Origin: an uncultured Gemmatimonadales bacterium
Lineage (GTDB): Bacteria > Gemmatimonadota > Gemmatimonadetes > Longimicrobiales > RSA9
Direction: 5' to 3'
NCBI GenBank assembly: GCA_963708135.1
Contig: OY970192.1
Coordinates: 1,536,001 to 1,600,000 of the forward strand
Length of the DNA: 64,000 nucleotides
Part shown: piece by piece, positions 27,444 to 36,995 of the stretch
Numbering within the stretch: the first letter of the stretch is position 1
Layout of the letters: every line of letters starts with the position of its first letter
The notes under the pieces: model-generated
What the model saw: the letters and a program-made list of their open reading frames with translations, nothing else
What the model was told of the DNA's origin: nothing
Databases searched by the model: none
Position numbers and translations under genes: made by a program

Positions 27444-27920
27444 TCACGAGCGTGCCTTGTGGTAGGGTTCGCCGCGCACGATCGTGCCGGCGCGGTACAG
27501 CTGCTCCGCGAGCAGCAGCCGGGCGAGGTCGTGAGGCAGCGTCATCGTGGAGAGGGAGAGCCGCCGGGTGGCGCCGGCGAGCGTCGCTTCGTCCAGCCCG
27601 AGCGCGCCGCCAATGAGGAACGCCGCGCCCGGGCTGCCCCGCACCGCCAGCGACTCGAGATGCCGGGCCAGGCCTGTGGAGTCCCAGGGATCCCCCTCGC
27701 GGGTGAGGGCGACCAGCTCCACCCCCACCGGGGCACGCTCCACGAGCCGCTCCGACTCCGCCCGCCGCACGTCCGCCGCGCGCCTGCCCCGCCCCGCCCT
27801 CTCCTCCTTCACCTCCACCACCTGGAGCGGCCAGTAGCGCCCCGCGCGGCGCTCGTACTCGGCGATCGCGTCGGCCAGCAGCGCCCCTGGACGGCCGACG
27901 GCGAGGAGCCAGAGCTTCAT
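27444..27920 (-). CDS. rlmH: 23S rRNA m3-pseudouridine1915 methyltransferase
   Basis: FLIGGALG, LSLSTMTLPH, EQLYRA, C-terminal PYHK. Confidence 0.96.
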   Translation of the reverse strand: MKLWLLAVGRPGALLADAIAEYERRAGRYWPLQVVEVKEERAGRGRRAADVRRAESERLVERAPVGVELVALTREGDPWDSTGLARHLESLAVRGSPGAAFLIGGALGLDEATLAGATRRLSLSTMTLPHDLARLLLAEQLYRAGTIVRGEPYHKARS

Positions 27921-27923
27921 CGC

Positions 27924-29216
<1,293 letters not shown>

Positions 29217-29297
29217 GGACGAATCGTCTCCTGAATCGCGTCGCAAGGCCGTGGAGTGTAGGGGCCGCCCGGCCCCCACGCCAGGGCGCCCGGCGCG

Positions 29298-30353
29298 CTA
29301 CGGCACGAGCGCACCCAGTGCATGCAGGAGGCGGTCCGTGCCCTGCTCCGGCACCACCTCCTGTCCGAGGACCAGGATCTCGCTTCCGGCCAGGAGGGAC
29401 TGCAGCTTGACCGCATCCTTCGCGGTGGTGAGCACCGGCCCGCCCCCCGCCGCCGCCCTCAGCCGGGCGGCGTCCGCGGCATCGTAGGCGTGGTGGTCGG
29501 GGAAGGCCAGCACCCGCTCCAGGCCCCCGCCGGCCAGCTGCGCCTGCACCGCGAAGCTCGCGGGATCCGCCACCCCCACCACCCCGAGGCCGGCTGGCGG
29601 CGGCGCCCGGCGCTCGCCGGTCCGCCAGTCCGTCCACCCGGTGGGCCGCAGCGCAAGCACCCCGAGGATCGCCCCGGGCGCATAGCGCTCCAGCGCCCGG
29701 GCCACCGCCGCGGCCGCCTCGGCGCTCGCCGTCTTGCGCGTGACCACCACCGCGTCGGCGCGCCCCAGCGCCGCGAGCCGCTCCCGCCAGGGCCCGCGCG
29801 GCAGCAGGCGCGGGCGCGGCGTCCAGCGCTCGGCCGACACCAGCACAATGTCCAGGTCGCGCCGGATGCGGCGATGCTGGAACGCGTCATCGAGCACCAG
29901 CGCGGTCGCCCCCCGCGCGATCGCCTCCCGCGCCCCCTCGATCCGGTCCCGCCGCGCCACCACGACCAGCTCCGGGTGCCAGGCGCGGTGCAGCGCCGGC
30001 TCGTCCGGCGCGTAGCCGCCGTGCAGGATTCCCGGCCGGAGCCCGCGCGCCACGAGCGCTTCGGCCACCCACGCGGTCACGGGCGTCTTGCCGCTCCCCC
30101 CCACCGCCAGGTTGCCGACGCTGACCACCGGCACGCCGACCCCCGTAGGCCGACGGAGCCCGACGTCGTACGCGCCGTGATAGGCGGCCGAGCCGGCGCG
30201 GAACAGGAGCTCCGCCGGCGCCAGCGCCAGCGCCAGCCATGCCGGCATGCCGGAGCGGGGCCCGGTCGAGCGACGCACCAGCCGCTGCCACGCGCCCCCC
30301 TGCCACTCGAGCACGGGCGGAAAGGTGGCCGGTGCGCCGGGCGGCCCCGTCAC
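29298..30353 (-). CDS. lpxK: Tetraacyldisaccharide 4'-kinase
   Basis: VSVGNLAVGGSGKTP, LDDAFQH, LLPRGPWRE, FPDHH, TTAKDAVK. Confidence 0.93.
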   Translation of the reverse strand: MTGPPGAPATFPPVLEWQGGAWQRLVRRSTGPRSGMPAWLALALAPAELLFRAGSAAYHGAYDVGLRRPTGVGVPVVSVGNLAVGGSGKTPVTAWVAEALVARGLRPGILHGGYAPDEPALHRAWHPELVVVARRDRIEGAREAIARGATALVLDDAFQHRRIRRDLDIVLVSAERWTPRPRLLPRGPWRERLAALGRADAVVVTRKTASAEAAAAVARALERYAPGAILGVLALRPTGWTDWRTGERRAPPPAGLGVVGVADPASFAVQAQLAGGGLERVLAFPDHHAYDAADAARLRAAAGGGPVLTTAKDAVKLQSLLAGSEILVLGQEVVPEQGTDRLLHALGALVP

Positions 30354-31018
30354 GGTCTCGCCTCGAGCGGCTGCCCCGCACGCCGGTCCACCGCCTCGGT
30401 CAGCGCCGTTAGAGCCGTCTCCAGCCGGACCGCCGCGCCGGCGAGCGCCGCCGCGTCGGCATCCGCGGACACGCACTCCGGCGCGCCGAACGCCATGTGC
30501 ACCCGCGTGAAGGGACGGGGCACCAGGAAGCGATCCCAGCTCTGGAACCACCACGCGCCGCGCGCCGAGGCGGAGGCCGGCACGATCGGCAGCCCCGAGC
30601 GTCGCGCGAGCTCGATGAAGCCGGGCTTCACGCGATGCAGCGGCCCGCGCGGGCCATCCACGGTCACCGCGATGCTCTCACCCGCCGCGGCCGCGTCCAG
30701 CAGGGCCCGGCTCGCCGTCCGGGCGCCACGCGAGCTCGAGCCGCGGACGATGCGGAACCCCCACCGCTCGAACAGCCGGCTGGCATACTCGCCGTCGCGC
30801 GAGCGGCTGATGAGCGTCGTGAGCGGGCGGCCGCGGTGGTAGTAGGCGCAGGCCAGCAGCCGGCCGTGCCAGAGCGCCAGCAGCACGGGCCGGCCGGCAC
30901 GCGCCAGCCCCTCGTAATGCTCCGCGCCCTCGACGCTGTAGCGCGTCGTGGCGAGCAGGGCATCGATCGCGGTCCCGCCGACGACGCCCGCCAGGCGATA
31001 CCTCAGCTCTTCGCTCAC
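30350..31018 (-). CDS. DUF374 lysophospholipid acyltransferase family protein (LpxJ-like)
   Basis: LWHG, ISRSRDGE, VRGSSSRG, TVDGPRGP, SWDRFLVPRPF. Confidence 0.88.
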   Translation of the reverse strand: MSEELRYRLAGVVGGTAIDALLATTRYSVEGAEHYEGLARAGRPVLLALWHGRLLACAYYHRGRPLTTLISRSRDGEYASRLFERWGFRIVRGSSSRGARTASRALLDAAAAGESIAVTVDGPRGPLHRVKPGFIELARRSGLPIVPASASARGAWWFQSWDRFLVPRPFTRVHMAFGAPECVSADADAAALAGAAVRLETALTALTEAVDRRAGQPLEARP

Positions 31019-32160
31019 CCGCCGGCTCCGAGCAGCTCTTCCGCCAGCTCCACGACCCGCCCGGCGGCGCTCCCCCCGCCGGCCGCCGGCCGTAGCGCCT
31101 CCCGCACGGCGCCGAGCCCGGCCACGGCCGCGGCACGCGCGGCGGAGTCCGCCGCGAGCAGCGGGAGGAGCGCGGTCGCGAGCGTCTCCGGCGTCGCCTG
31201 ACCCTGCACCAACTCGGGCGCCACGCGCCGCCCCGCCACCAGGTTCACGAGGCCGATGTGCGGAACGCGGACGAGGCGCCGGGCGAGGAAATAGCTCACG
31301 GGGTGCATGCGGTAGGTGATGACCATCGGCGTGCCGGCGAGCGCGGCCTCGAGGGTCGTGGTCCCCGACTTGACCAGCGCCGCGCGCGCGTGCCGGAGCA
31401 GCCCGCGGGCATCGGCCGTGATCGGGTACGGCACTCCCTCGTAGCGGCTGGCCGGGACCCCGCTCGAGCGGGCCAGCACCGGCTGCACGGAGGGCATCTC
31501 CGCCCGCACCCGCGCCGCCGCCTCCAGGAAGAGCGGCAGGTGATAGCGGACCTCGTGGCCACGCGAGCCCGGGAACAGCGCGAGCAGCGGCCTCTCGGCG
31601 TCGATCCCGAGCGTGGCGCGGAAGTCCGCGGCCGAGACCTCGGGAAGGGCCGCGTCGAGCAGCGGATGCCCGACGAACCGGACGGCCGCGCCCGCCTCGC
31701 GGAAGAGCGGCTCCTCGAAGGGGAGGATCACCGCCAGCCGATCCACGTTGCGCGCCAGCTGCGCCATCCGGCTGCGGTGCCATGCCCAGACCTGCGGGGC
31801 GATGTAGTAGAGCACCGGGATCGCCGCCGAGCGCGCGCGCCGGGCCAGCCGCAGGTTGAACCCGGGATAGTCGATGGGGAGCACGAGGTCCGTCCCGCGG
31901 GCGCGCATCTCCGCCGTCAGCCGCCGCAGAAGCCGCATGAAGTACGGCAGCCGGCCCGCGACCTCCGCCAGTCCCATCACCGCCAGGTCATGGAAGTCGG
32001 CCAGCAGCTCGACCCCCGCCGCCTCCATGGCCGGGCCGCCCAGGCCGTAGAGGCTCGCCGCAGGCCAGCGCGCTTTCAGCGCGCGCGCAACCGCCGCGCC
32101 GGCCGCATCGCCGGACGGCTCTCCCGCAGAGAGTAGCAGCGTGGGCGATCTGTGTGTCAC
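31015..32160 (-). CDS. lpxB: Lipid-A-disaccharide synthase
   Basis: AGEPSGD, IDYPGFN, YIAPQVWAW, ILPFE, VGHP, PGSR, SGTTTLE. Confidence 0.96.
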   Translation of the reverse strand: MTHRSPTLLLSAGEPSGDAAGAAVARALKARWPAASLYGLGGPAMEAAGVELLADFHDLAVMGLAEVAGRLPYFMRLLRRLTAEMRARGTDLVLPIDYPGFNLRLARRARSAAIPVLYYIAPQVWAWHRSRMAQLARNVDRLAVILPFEEPLFREAGAAVRFVGHPLLDAALPEVSAADFRATLGIDAERPLLALFPGSRGHEVRYHLPLFLEAAARVRAEMPSVQPVLARSSGVPASRYEGVPYPITADARGLLRHARAALVKSGTTTLEAALAGTPMVITYRMHPVSYFLARRLVRVPHIGLVNLVAGRRVAPELVQGQATPETLATALLPLLAADSAARAAAVAGLGAVREALRPAAGGGSAAGRVVELAEELLGAGG

Positions 32161-32285
32161 CGGGTCCGCACGAGGTACCACATGACCAGGAGGACCACGA
32201 TCAGAAGGACGACCAGCGCCAGCGGCGACATCGGCCGCACCGGGCCCGGCGCGGCGCCGCTACGCGGGCTGCGTCCGGGCGACAT
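32157..32285 (-). CDS. Small single-pass membrane peptide (42 aa), absent from the ORF track
   Basis: MSPGRSPRSGAAPGPVRPMSPLALVVLLIVVLLVMWYLVRTR; its TGA overlaps the lpxB GTG (GTGA); it fills the gap after the oxidoreductase. Confidence 0.65.
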   Translation of the reverse strand: MSPGRSPRSGAAPGPVRPMSPLALVVLLIVVLLVMWYLVRTR

Positions 32286-33249
32286 GCTGCTCGATCCGCT
32301 CCACGATCTGCAGCCCGACCGCGAGCGCCTCCCGCCCCTCGCGCCCCGTCACCGCCACCGGCGCGCGGCCGAGCGCCGCCGCCACGAAGCTCTCGAGCTC
32401 GCACCGCAGCGGTTCCGCCCCGTCCGAGCGCAGCGACACCGCCTCCACGATCTCCTCCAGCCGCGTCGCCGGCAGCGCCGTGCCCGCCGCGAGCGCTACG
32501 TCCGGCCGCAACCGCAGAAACTCCCCCGTCCCCGCCGCCAGGTCCAGGCTGATGTAGCCCGAGCGCTGGAAGAAGCGGATCTTCCGCCGCCGTTCCACCG
32601 AGACCCGACTCGCCGTCAGGTTCGCCACGCCTCCGCCCTCGAACTCAAGCCGCGCGTTCGCGATGTCCGGACTCCTCGTGAGCACGGGCACCCCCACGGC
32701 CGCAATGCTCGTCACCGGCCGCTTCATGAGGCTGAGAACCAGGTCGAGGTCATGGATCATAAGATCAAGAACGACAGCTACATCCGTCCCGCGCGGACCG
32801 AACGGAGCCAGCCGGTGGCACTCCACGAACAGCGGCGCCTCCAGGTACGGCTCACACGCCCTCAGCGCGCCGTTGAAGCGCTCCACGTGACCGATCTGCA
32901 CGGTCGCCCCGGCCGCGTCCGCGGCGGACAGGATGCGGTCTGCAGCCTGCAGCGTGGGGGCGATCGGCTTCTCGATCAGCACGTGGGTGCCGGCGGCCAG
33001 GAGCCCCATCGCGATGCGCTCATGGGCGGAGGTGGGCACGGCCACGACCGCGGCGTCGATGCGCCCGGCCAGGTCCGGCAGCGACGGGAAGGTGGCCACG
33101 TCGAGCTCCTCGCCCACGCGGGCGAGGCGGTCGGGATCGCTGTCGTGGACCCCGACCAGCTCGGCATCCGCGATCTCGCGAAGCAGGCGGGCGTGGTGGA
33201 ACCCGAGGCTCCCCACGCCCACGACTGCGACCTTCAGCCGGTCGGCCAT
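32260..33249 (-). CDS. Gfo/Idh/MocA oxidoreductase, GnnA-like
   Basis: VVGVGSLG, HVLIEKP, GHVERFN, DLMIHDLD, NLTASRVS; lies between lpxA and lpxB. Confidence 0.88.
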   Translation of the reverse strand: MADRLKVAVVGVGSLGFHHARLLREIADAELVGVHDSDPDRLARVGEELDVATFPSLPDLAGRIDAAVVAVPTSAHERIAMGLLAAGTHVLIEKPIAPTLQAADRILSAADAAGATVQIGHVERFNGALRACEPYLEAPLFVECHRLAPFGPRGTDVAVVLDLMIHDLDLVLSLMKRPVTSIAAVGVPVLTRSPDIANARLEFEGGGVANLTASRVSVERRRKIRFFQRSGYISLDLAAGTGEFLRLRPDVALAAGTALPATRLEEIVEAVSLRSDGAEPLRCELESFVAAALGRAPVAVTGREGREALAVGLQIVERIEQHVARTQPA

Positions 33250-33250
33250 C

Positions 33251-34048
33251 TCAGAGGGTGATGCCGCGCTCGCTCGACGCGATGAAGGCGAGGAACCGCT
33301 CGATCTCCGGCCACGGCGGCAGCTCCACACGGGCCTGTGCCAGCGCCTGCGAGACGTTGAGCGGGGAATGGAAGAAGAGGTGGTAGGCGCGCTTGAGCTC
33401 GCGCCGCACCTGCTCGGAGAAGCCGCGGCGCTGCAGTCCGACGCTGTTGAGTCCGTAGAGCTTGAGCGGCGCGCCGGACGCGCGCAGGTAGGGCGGCACG
33501 TCCTTGGACACGCGCGACATCCCGCCCACGAAGGAGTGGGCGCCGATCCTCGTGAACTGGTGGATCGCCGTCATCCCGCCCACGATCGCCCAGTCCTCGA
33601 TCGCGACGTGCCCGCCCATGTTCACGGCGTTCGACAGGATCACGTGATCGCCGATCACGCAGTCGTGCGCAACGTGCACGTACGCCATGATCAGGCAGTC
33701 GCGGCCGACCTCGGTCCGCCCGTGCGCCGCCGTGCCACGGTTCAGCGTCACGAACTCGCGGATCACCGTACGATCCCCCACCACGAGCTGCGTATACTCG
33801 CCACCGTACTTGAGGTCCTGCGGATCGCCGCCCAGCGCAGCGCCCGTATGCACCTCGCAGCGGTCGCCAAGGATCGTGTCCCGCTCGATCACCACGTGCG
33901 CCCCCAGCCGCGTGGCCTCCCCCACCACGACGTTCGGGCCCACCACGCAGTACGGCCCCACGACCACGTCGGGACCCAGCTCCGCGGTCGAGTCGATCAC
34001 CGCGGTCGGGTGGACCTCGCTCAGCGGCCATGCCTTCGCATTCAACAT
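33251..34048 (-). CDS. lpxA: UDP-N-acetylglucosamine acyltransferase
   Basis: Hexapeptide repeats, PQDLKY, IREFVT..RGT, HVAHDC, HQF, GLNSVGL.RRGF. Confidence 0.96.
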   Translation of the reverse strand: MLNAKAWPLSEVHPTAVIDSTAELGPDVVVGPYCVVGPNVVVGEATRLGAHVVIERDTILGDRCEVHTGAALGGDPQDLKYGGEYTQLVVGDRTVIREFVTLNRGTAAHGRTEVGRDCLIMAYVHVAHDCVIGDHVILSNAVNMGGHVAIEDWAIVGGMTAIHQFTRIGAHSFVGGMSRVSKDVPPYLRASGAPLKLYGLNSVGLQRRGFSEQVRRELKRAYHLFFHSPLNVSQALAQARVELPPWPEIERFLAFIASSERGITL

Positions 34049-34062
34049 GGGCACCGCCTCCT

Positions 34063-35349
34063 TCAGCGGTCCACCAGCGTGGCCATCATCTCACCCTCCG
34101 CCACCACCCGCCCATCGACGTAGCCGACGCCGCGCATCCGGCAGGCCAGCCGCCGCAACTGCAGCATCTCGACCTCGAAGCGGATCTGGTCGCCCGGCGT
34201 CACCGGGCGCCGCCACTTAACCTTGTCCAGCGACATGAAATAGACCACCTTCTCCTCGAACGCTTCCACCGCATCCATCAGCAGCAGGCCACCCACCTGC
34301 GCCATCGCCTCTATGATCAGGACCCCCGGCATCACCGGGTGCCCCGGATAGTGTCCCTGGAAGAACGGTTCGTTGATCGTCACGTTCTTGATCCCGACGA
34401 TCCTCTTCCCCGGCTCGAACTCGACGACGCGGTCCACCAGCAGCATCGGATAACGGTGCGGCAGGTGCTGCATGATCTGCATCACGTCCACCTGCGTGTT
34501 CGCGCTCTCGTGCTGCGCCTGCTGCCGGATCGCGCTCGCCAGCGCGAGGTTGCCCGCGTGGCTCGGCCGGTCCGCCACGACGTGGCCGTGCACGCGCGCA
34601 CCCAGCAGCGCCAGGTCGCCCACCACATCCCCGATCTTGTGCCGCACGAACTCGTCGGGAAAGCGCAGCGCGCCGCCCACCACACCGCTCTCATCCAGCA
34701 CGATCGCGTTCTCAAGCGTCGCGCCGCGCGCCAGCCCGCGCGACTGGAGCTCCTCCTTCTCCCGCAAGAACCCGAAGGTGCGCGCCGATGAGAGGTTCCG
34801 CGAGAACCCCGCGGACGTGACATCGAAGGACGCGAACTGTCGTCGCACCAGCGGGTGCTCGAACTCGATCGTGGCTGAGATGCGCAGCGTGTCCGCCGGC
34901 GCCGCCACGTACGAGGCACCACCCGTCGCCGCCGCCGTGAGCGGCCGCGCCACGCGCACCACCCGCGCATCCTCCGCCTGCGTCTCGCGACCCGCCGCGT
35001 CGAGCACATCGTAGAACGGCCGGAAGCTGCCGTCCATGATCGGGATCTCCGGCCCCTCGACCTCCACGACCACGTTGTCCAGCTCGAGCGCCGCCATCGC
35101 CGCCATCAGGTGCTCCACCGTGTGGACCACCGCCGACCCCGCCCCCAGCGAGGTGCCCCGGTCCGTGGAGCATACGTGCTCCAGGTCCGCCGGGATCTCC
35201 GGGGCTTCCGCCAGGTCGCTGCGCCGGAAGCGGATGCCGCTCCCCGGCTCCGCGGGCCGGAACCGCACCCGCACCGGCTCCCCCGTGTGCAGCCCCGTCC
35301 CCTGCAGCTCGGCCGCCTCGCCCAGTGTCTGCTGCTTCGGCCCCTTCAC
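34063..35349 (-). CDS. lpxC: Bifunctional LpxC deacetylase / FabZ dehydratase fusion
   Basis: GLHTG, TVEH, ARTFGF, RHKIGD..GDL, then LPHRYPMLLVD, NEPFFQGH.PG.PVMPGVLIIEAMAQ. Confidence 0.96.
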   Translation of the reverse strand: MKGPKQQTLGEAAELQGTGLHTGEPVRVRFRPAEPGSGIRFRRSDLAEAPEIPADLEHVCSTDRGTSLGAGSAVVHTVEHLMAAMAALELDNVVVEVEGPEIPIMDGSFRPFYDVLDAAGRETQAEDARVVRVARPLTAAATGGASYVAAPADTLRISATIEFEHPLVRRQFASFDVTSAGFSRNLSSARTFGFLREKEELQSRGLARGATLENAIVLDESGVVGGALRFPDEFVRHKIGDVVGDLALLGARVHGHVVADRPSHAGNLALASAIRQQAQHESANTQVDVMQIMQHLPHRYPMLLVDRVVEFEPGKRIVGIKNVTINEPFFQGHYPGHPVMPGVLIIEAMAQVGGLLLMDAVEAFEEKVVYFMSLDKVKWRRPVTPGDQIRFEVEMLQLRRLACRMRGVGYVDGRVVAEGEMMATLVDR

Positions 35350-36374
35350 GACTCCGACTCCCGCCCCAGCAGGGCACGCTCCAGCGCCCGCAGCCGCTTG
35401 AGCGCCTCAGGAAGGCGGAACAACGCCGCCTGCGCCCGAAGCGCCTCCCTGTGCGGCCGCGCCGGATAACCGCTGTAGACCGCGCCGGCCGGAACGTCGC
35501 CGAACACCCCCGCCTGTCCCGCCACCGTCGCGCCGTCGCCCACCTCGATATGTCCCTGCAGGCCCGCCTGCCCCGCCAGCGTCACCCGCCGGCCGATCAC
35601 AGAGCTGCCCGAGATCCCCACCTGGGCCACGATCACCGCCTGCTCACCCACCCGCACGTTGTGTCCGATGTGCACGAGGTTGTCGATCTTCACCCCGTCG
35701 CAGATCTCCGTCGCGCCCACCGAGCCCCGGTCGATCGTCGTGTTCGCGCCGATCTCCACGTCCGCTCCGATCACGCACCCGCCCACCTGCGGCACCTTCC
35801 GGTGCCCGCCATCCGTGTACACGTAGCCGAACCCATCCACCCCCGCGCGCACCCCGCTGTGCAGGATGCTTCGCGCCCCGACATGTACGCCCCGGTACAG
35901 CGTCACGTGCGGGTGCAGCACCACGTCCTCGCCCAGCACACAGTCGTTCCCGACCACCGCATGCGCCCCCACCCGAGCCCGCGCCCCCACCCGCGTCCCA
36001 CGCCCCACGACCGCATACGCTTCCACCCTCACATCCGGCCCCAGCTCCGCACCCGCGCCGATCACCGCCGTCGGGTGTACATCCGCCCGCTCGGGCACCT
36101 CCGGAAACAGCTCCTCGAGCACGCGCGCCAGCGCCCGATGCACGTCGCGCACGACGATGCGCGGGATCGCCGTGCGCTCACGGCCCGCCAGCGCCCGGCT
36201 CACCAGGAGCGCGCCGGCATGAGACCGCTCAAGATATTTGGAATACCTGGGGCTGGCAAGAAACGTCAGTTCCCGCGGACCCGCGCGATCGAGGGGGGCC
36301 ACGGACTCCAGCTCGGGATCCGAACCCCCCTCCAACGTGCCGTCTACGAGCTGCGCGATCTCGGATGCCCTCAC
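35346..36374 (-). CDS. lpxD: UDP-3-O-acylglucosamine N-acyltransferase
   Basis: DGFGY, KVPQVG, EIGANTTIDRG, KIDNLVHIGHN. Confidence 0.96.
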   Translation of the reverse strand: MRASEIAQLVDGTLEGGSDPELESVAPLDRAGPRELTFLASPRYSKYLERSHAGALLVSRALAGRERTAIPRIVVRDVHRALARVLEELFPEVPERADVHPTAVIGAGAELGPDVRVEAYAVVGRGTRVGARARVGAHAVVGNDCVLGEDVVLHPHVTLYRGVHVGARSILHSGVRAGVDGFGYVYTDGGHRKVPQVGGCVIGADVEIGANTTIDRGSVGATEICDGVKIDNLVHIGHNVRVGEQAVIVAQVGISGSSVIGRRVTLAGQAGLQGHIEVGDGATVAGQAGVFGDVPAGAVYSGYPARPHREALRAQAALFRLPEALKRLRALERALLGRESES

Positions 36375-36410
36375 GTCGGCTCTCCGCCCCCCTCGCCGTG
36401 ACGAGCGGCG

Positions 36411-36986
36411 CTAGGGCTTCTTGGCGCCCGGGCTGGATGGCGTGCTGGCCATGGTCTTGAGGCGGGCCAGCACCTGATCTGTCAGGTCGAGAGCCGGATC
36501 GGCGGCCACGAGGCCGGAGCCGGCGGCGTCGAAGATCATGGCGTAGCCACCGGACTTGCGCAGGTCCTCGATGACGCCCTTCACCTTGTCCATGATCGGC
36601 TGGACGAGCTCGCTCTGGCGCTGGTTGAGCTTCTGCTCGAGATCGTTGGCCTTTTGCTGATACGTTGCCTGCTTCTGGCGGATCTCCTCTTCCTTCTGCT
36701 TCTTGGCCTCGGGCGAGAGCATGACCTGCTTCTGCTCGTACTCGCTCATGAGGCTCTTGATGGAGTCCTCCATGATCTTGAGCTGCGCCTGATAGCCCTG
36801 CATCTCCTTCTGGAAGGTGGCCTGGGCCTCCTTGGCGCCGGGCGCTTCCTGGATGATCTTGCGGGAGTCTATGTAGGCGATCTTGGGCACCGACTGGGCG
36901 GACGCGGTCGCGGTGGCGACCAGGGCCAACCCGGCAGCCGCGGTCAGGGCGGTGAGTAGCTTTCGCATTCGCTGACTGTTCTCCAT
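36411..36986 (-). CDS. skp: Periplasmic chaperone Skp/OmpH
   Basis: Signal peptide, KIAYID, long coiled coil, DLTDQVL; lies between bamA and lpxD. Confidence 0.92.
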   Translation of the reverse strand: MENSQRMRKLLTALTAAAGLALVATATASAQSVPKIAYIDSRKIIQEAPGAKEAQATFQKEMQGYQAQLKIMEDSIKSLMSEYEQKQVMLSPEAKKQKEEEIRQKQATYQQKANDLEQKLNQRQSELVQPIMDKVKGVIEDLRKSGGYAMIFDAAGSGLVAADPALDLTDQVLARLKTMASTPSSPGAKKP

Positions 36987-36995
36987 CGCGAAGGT

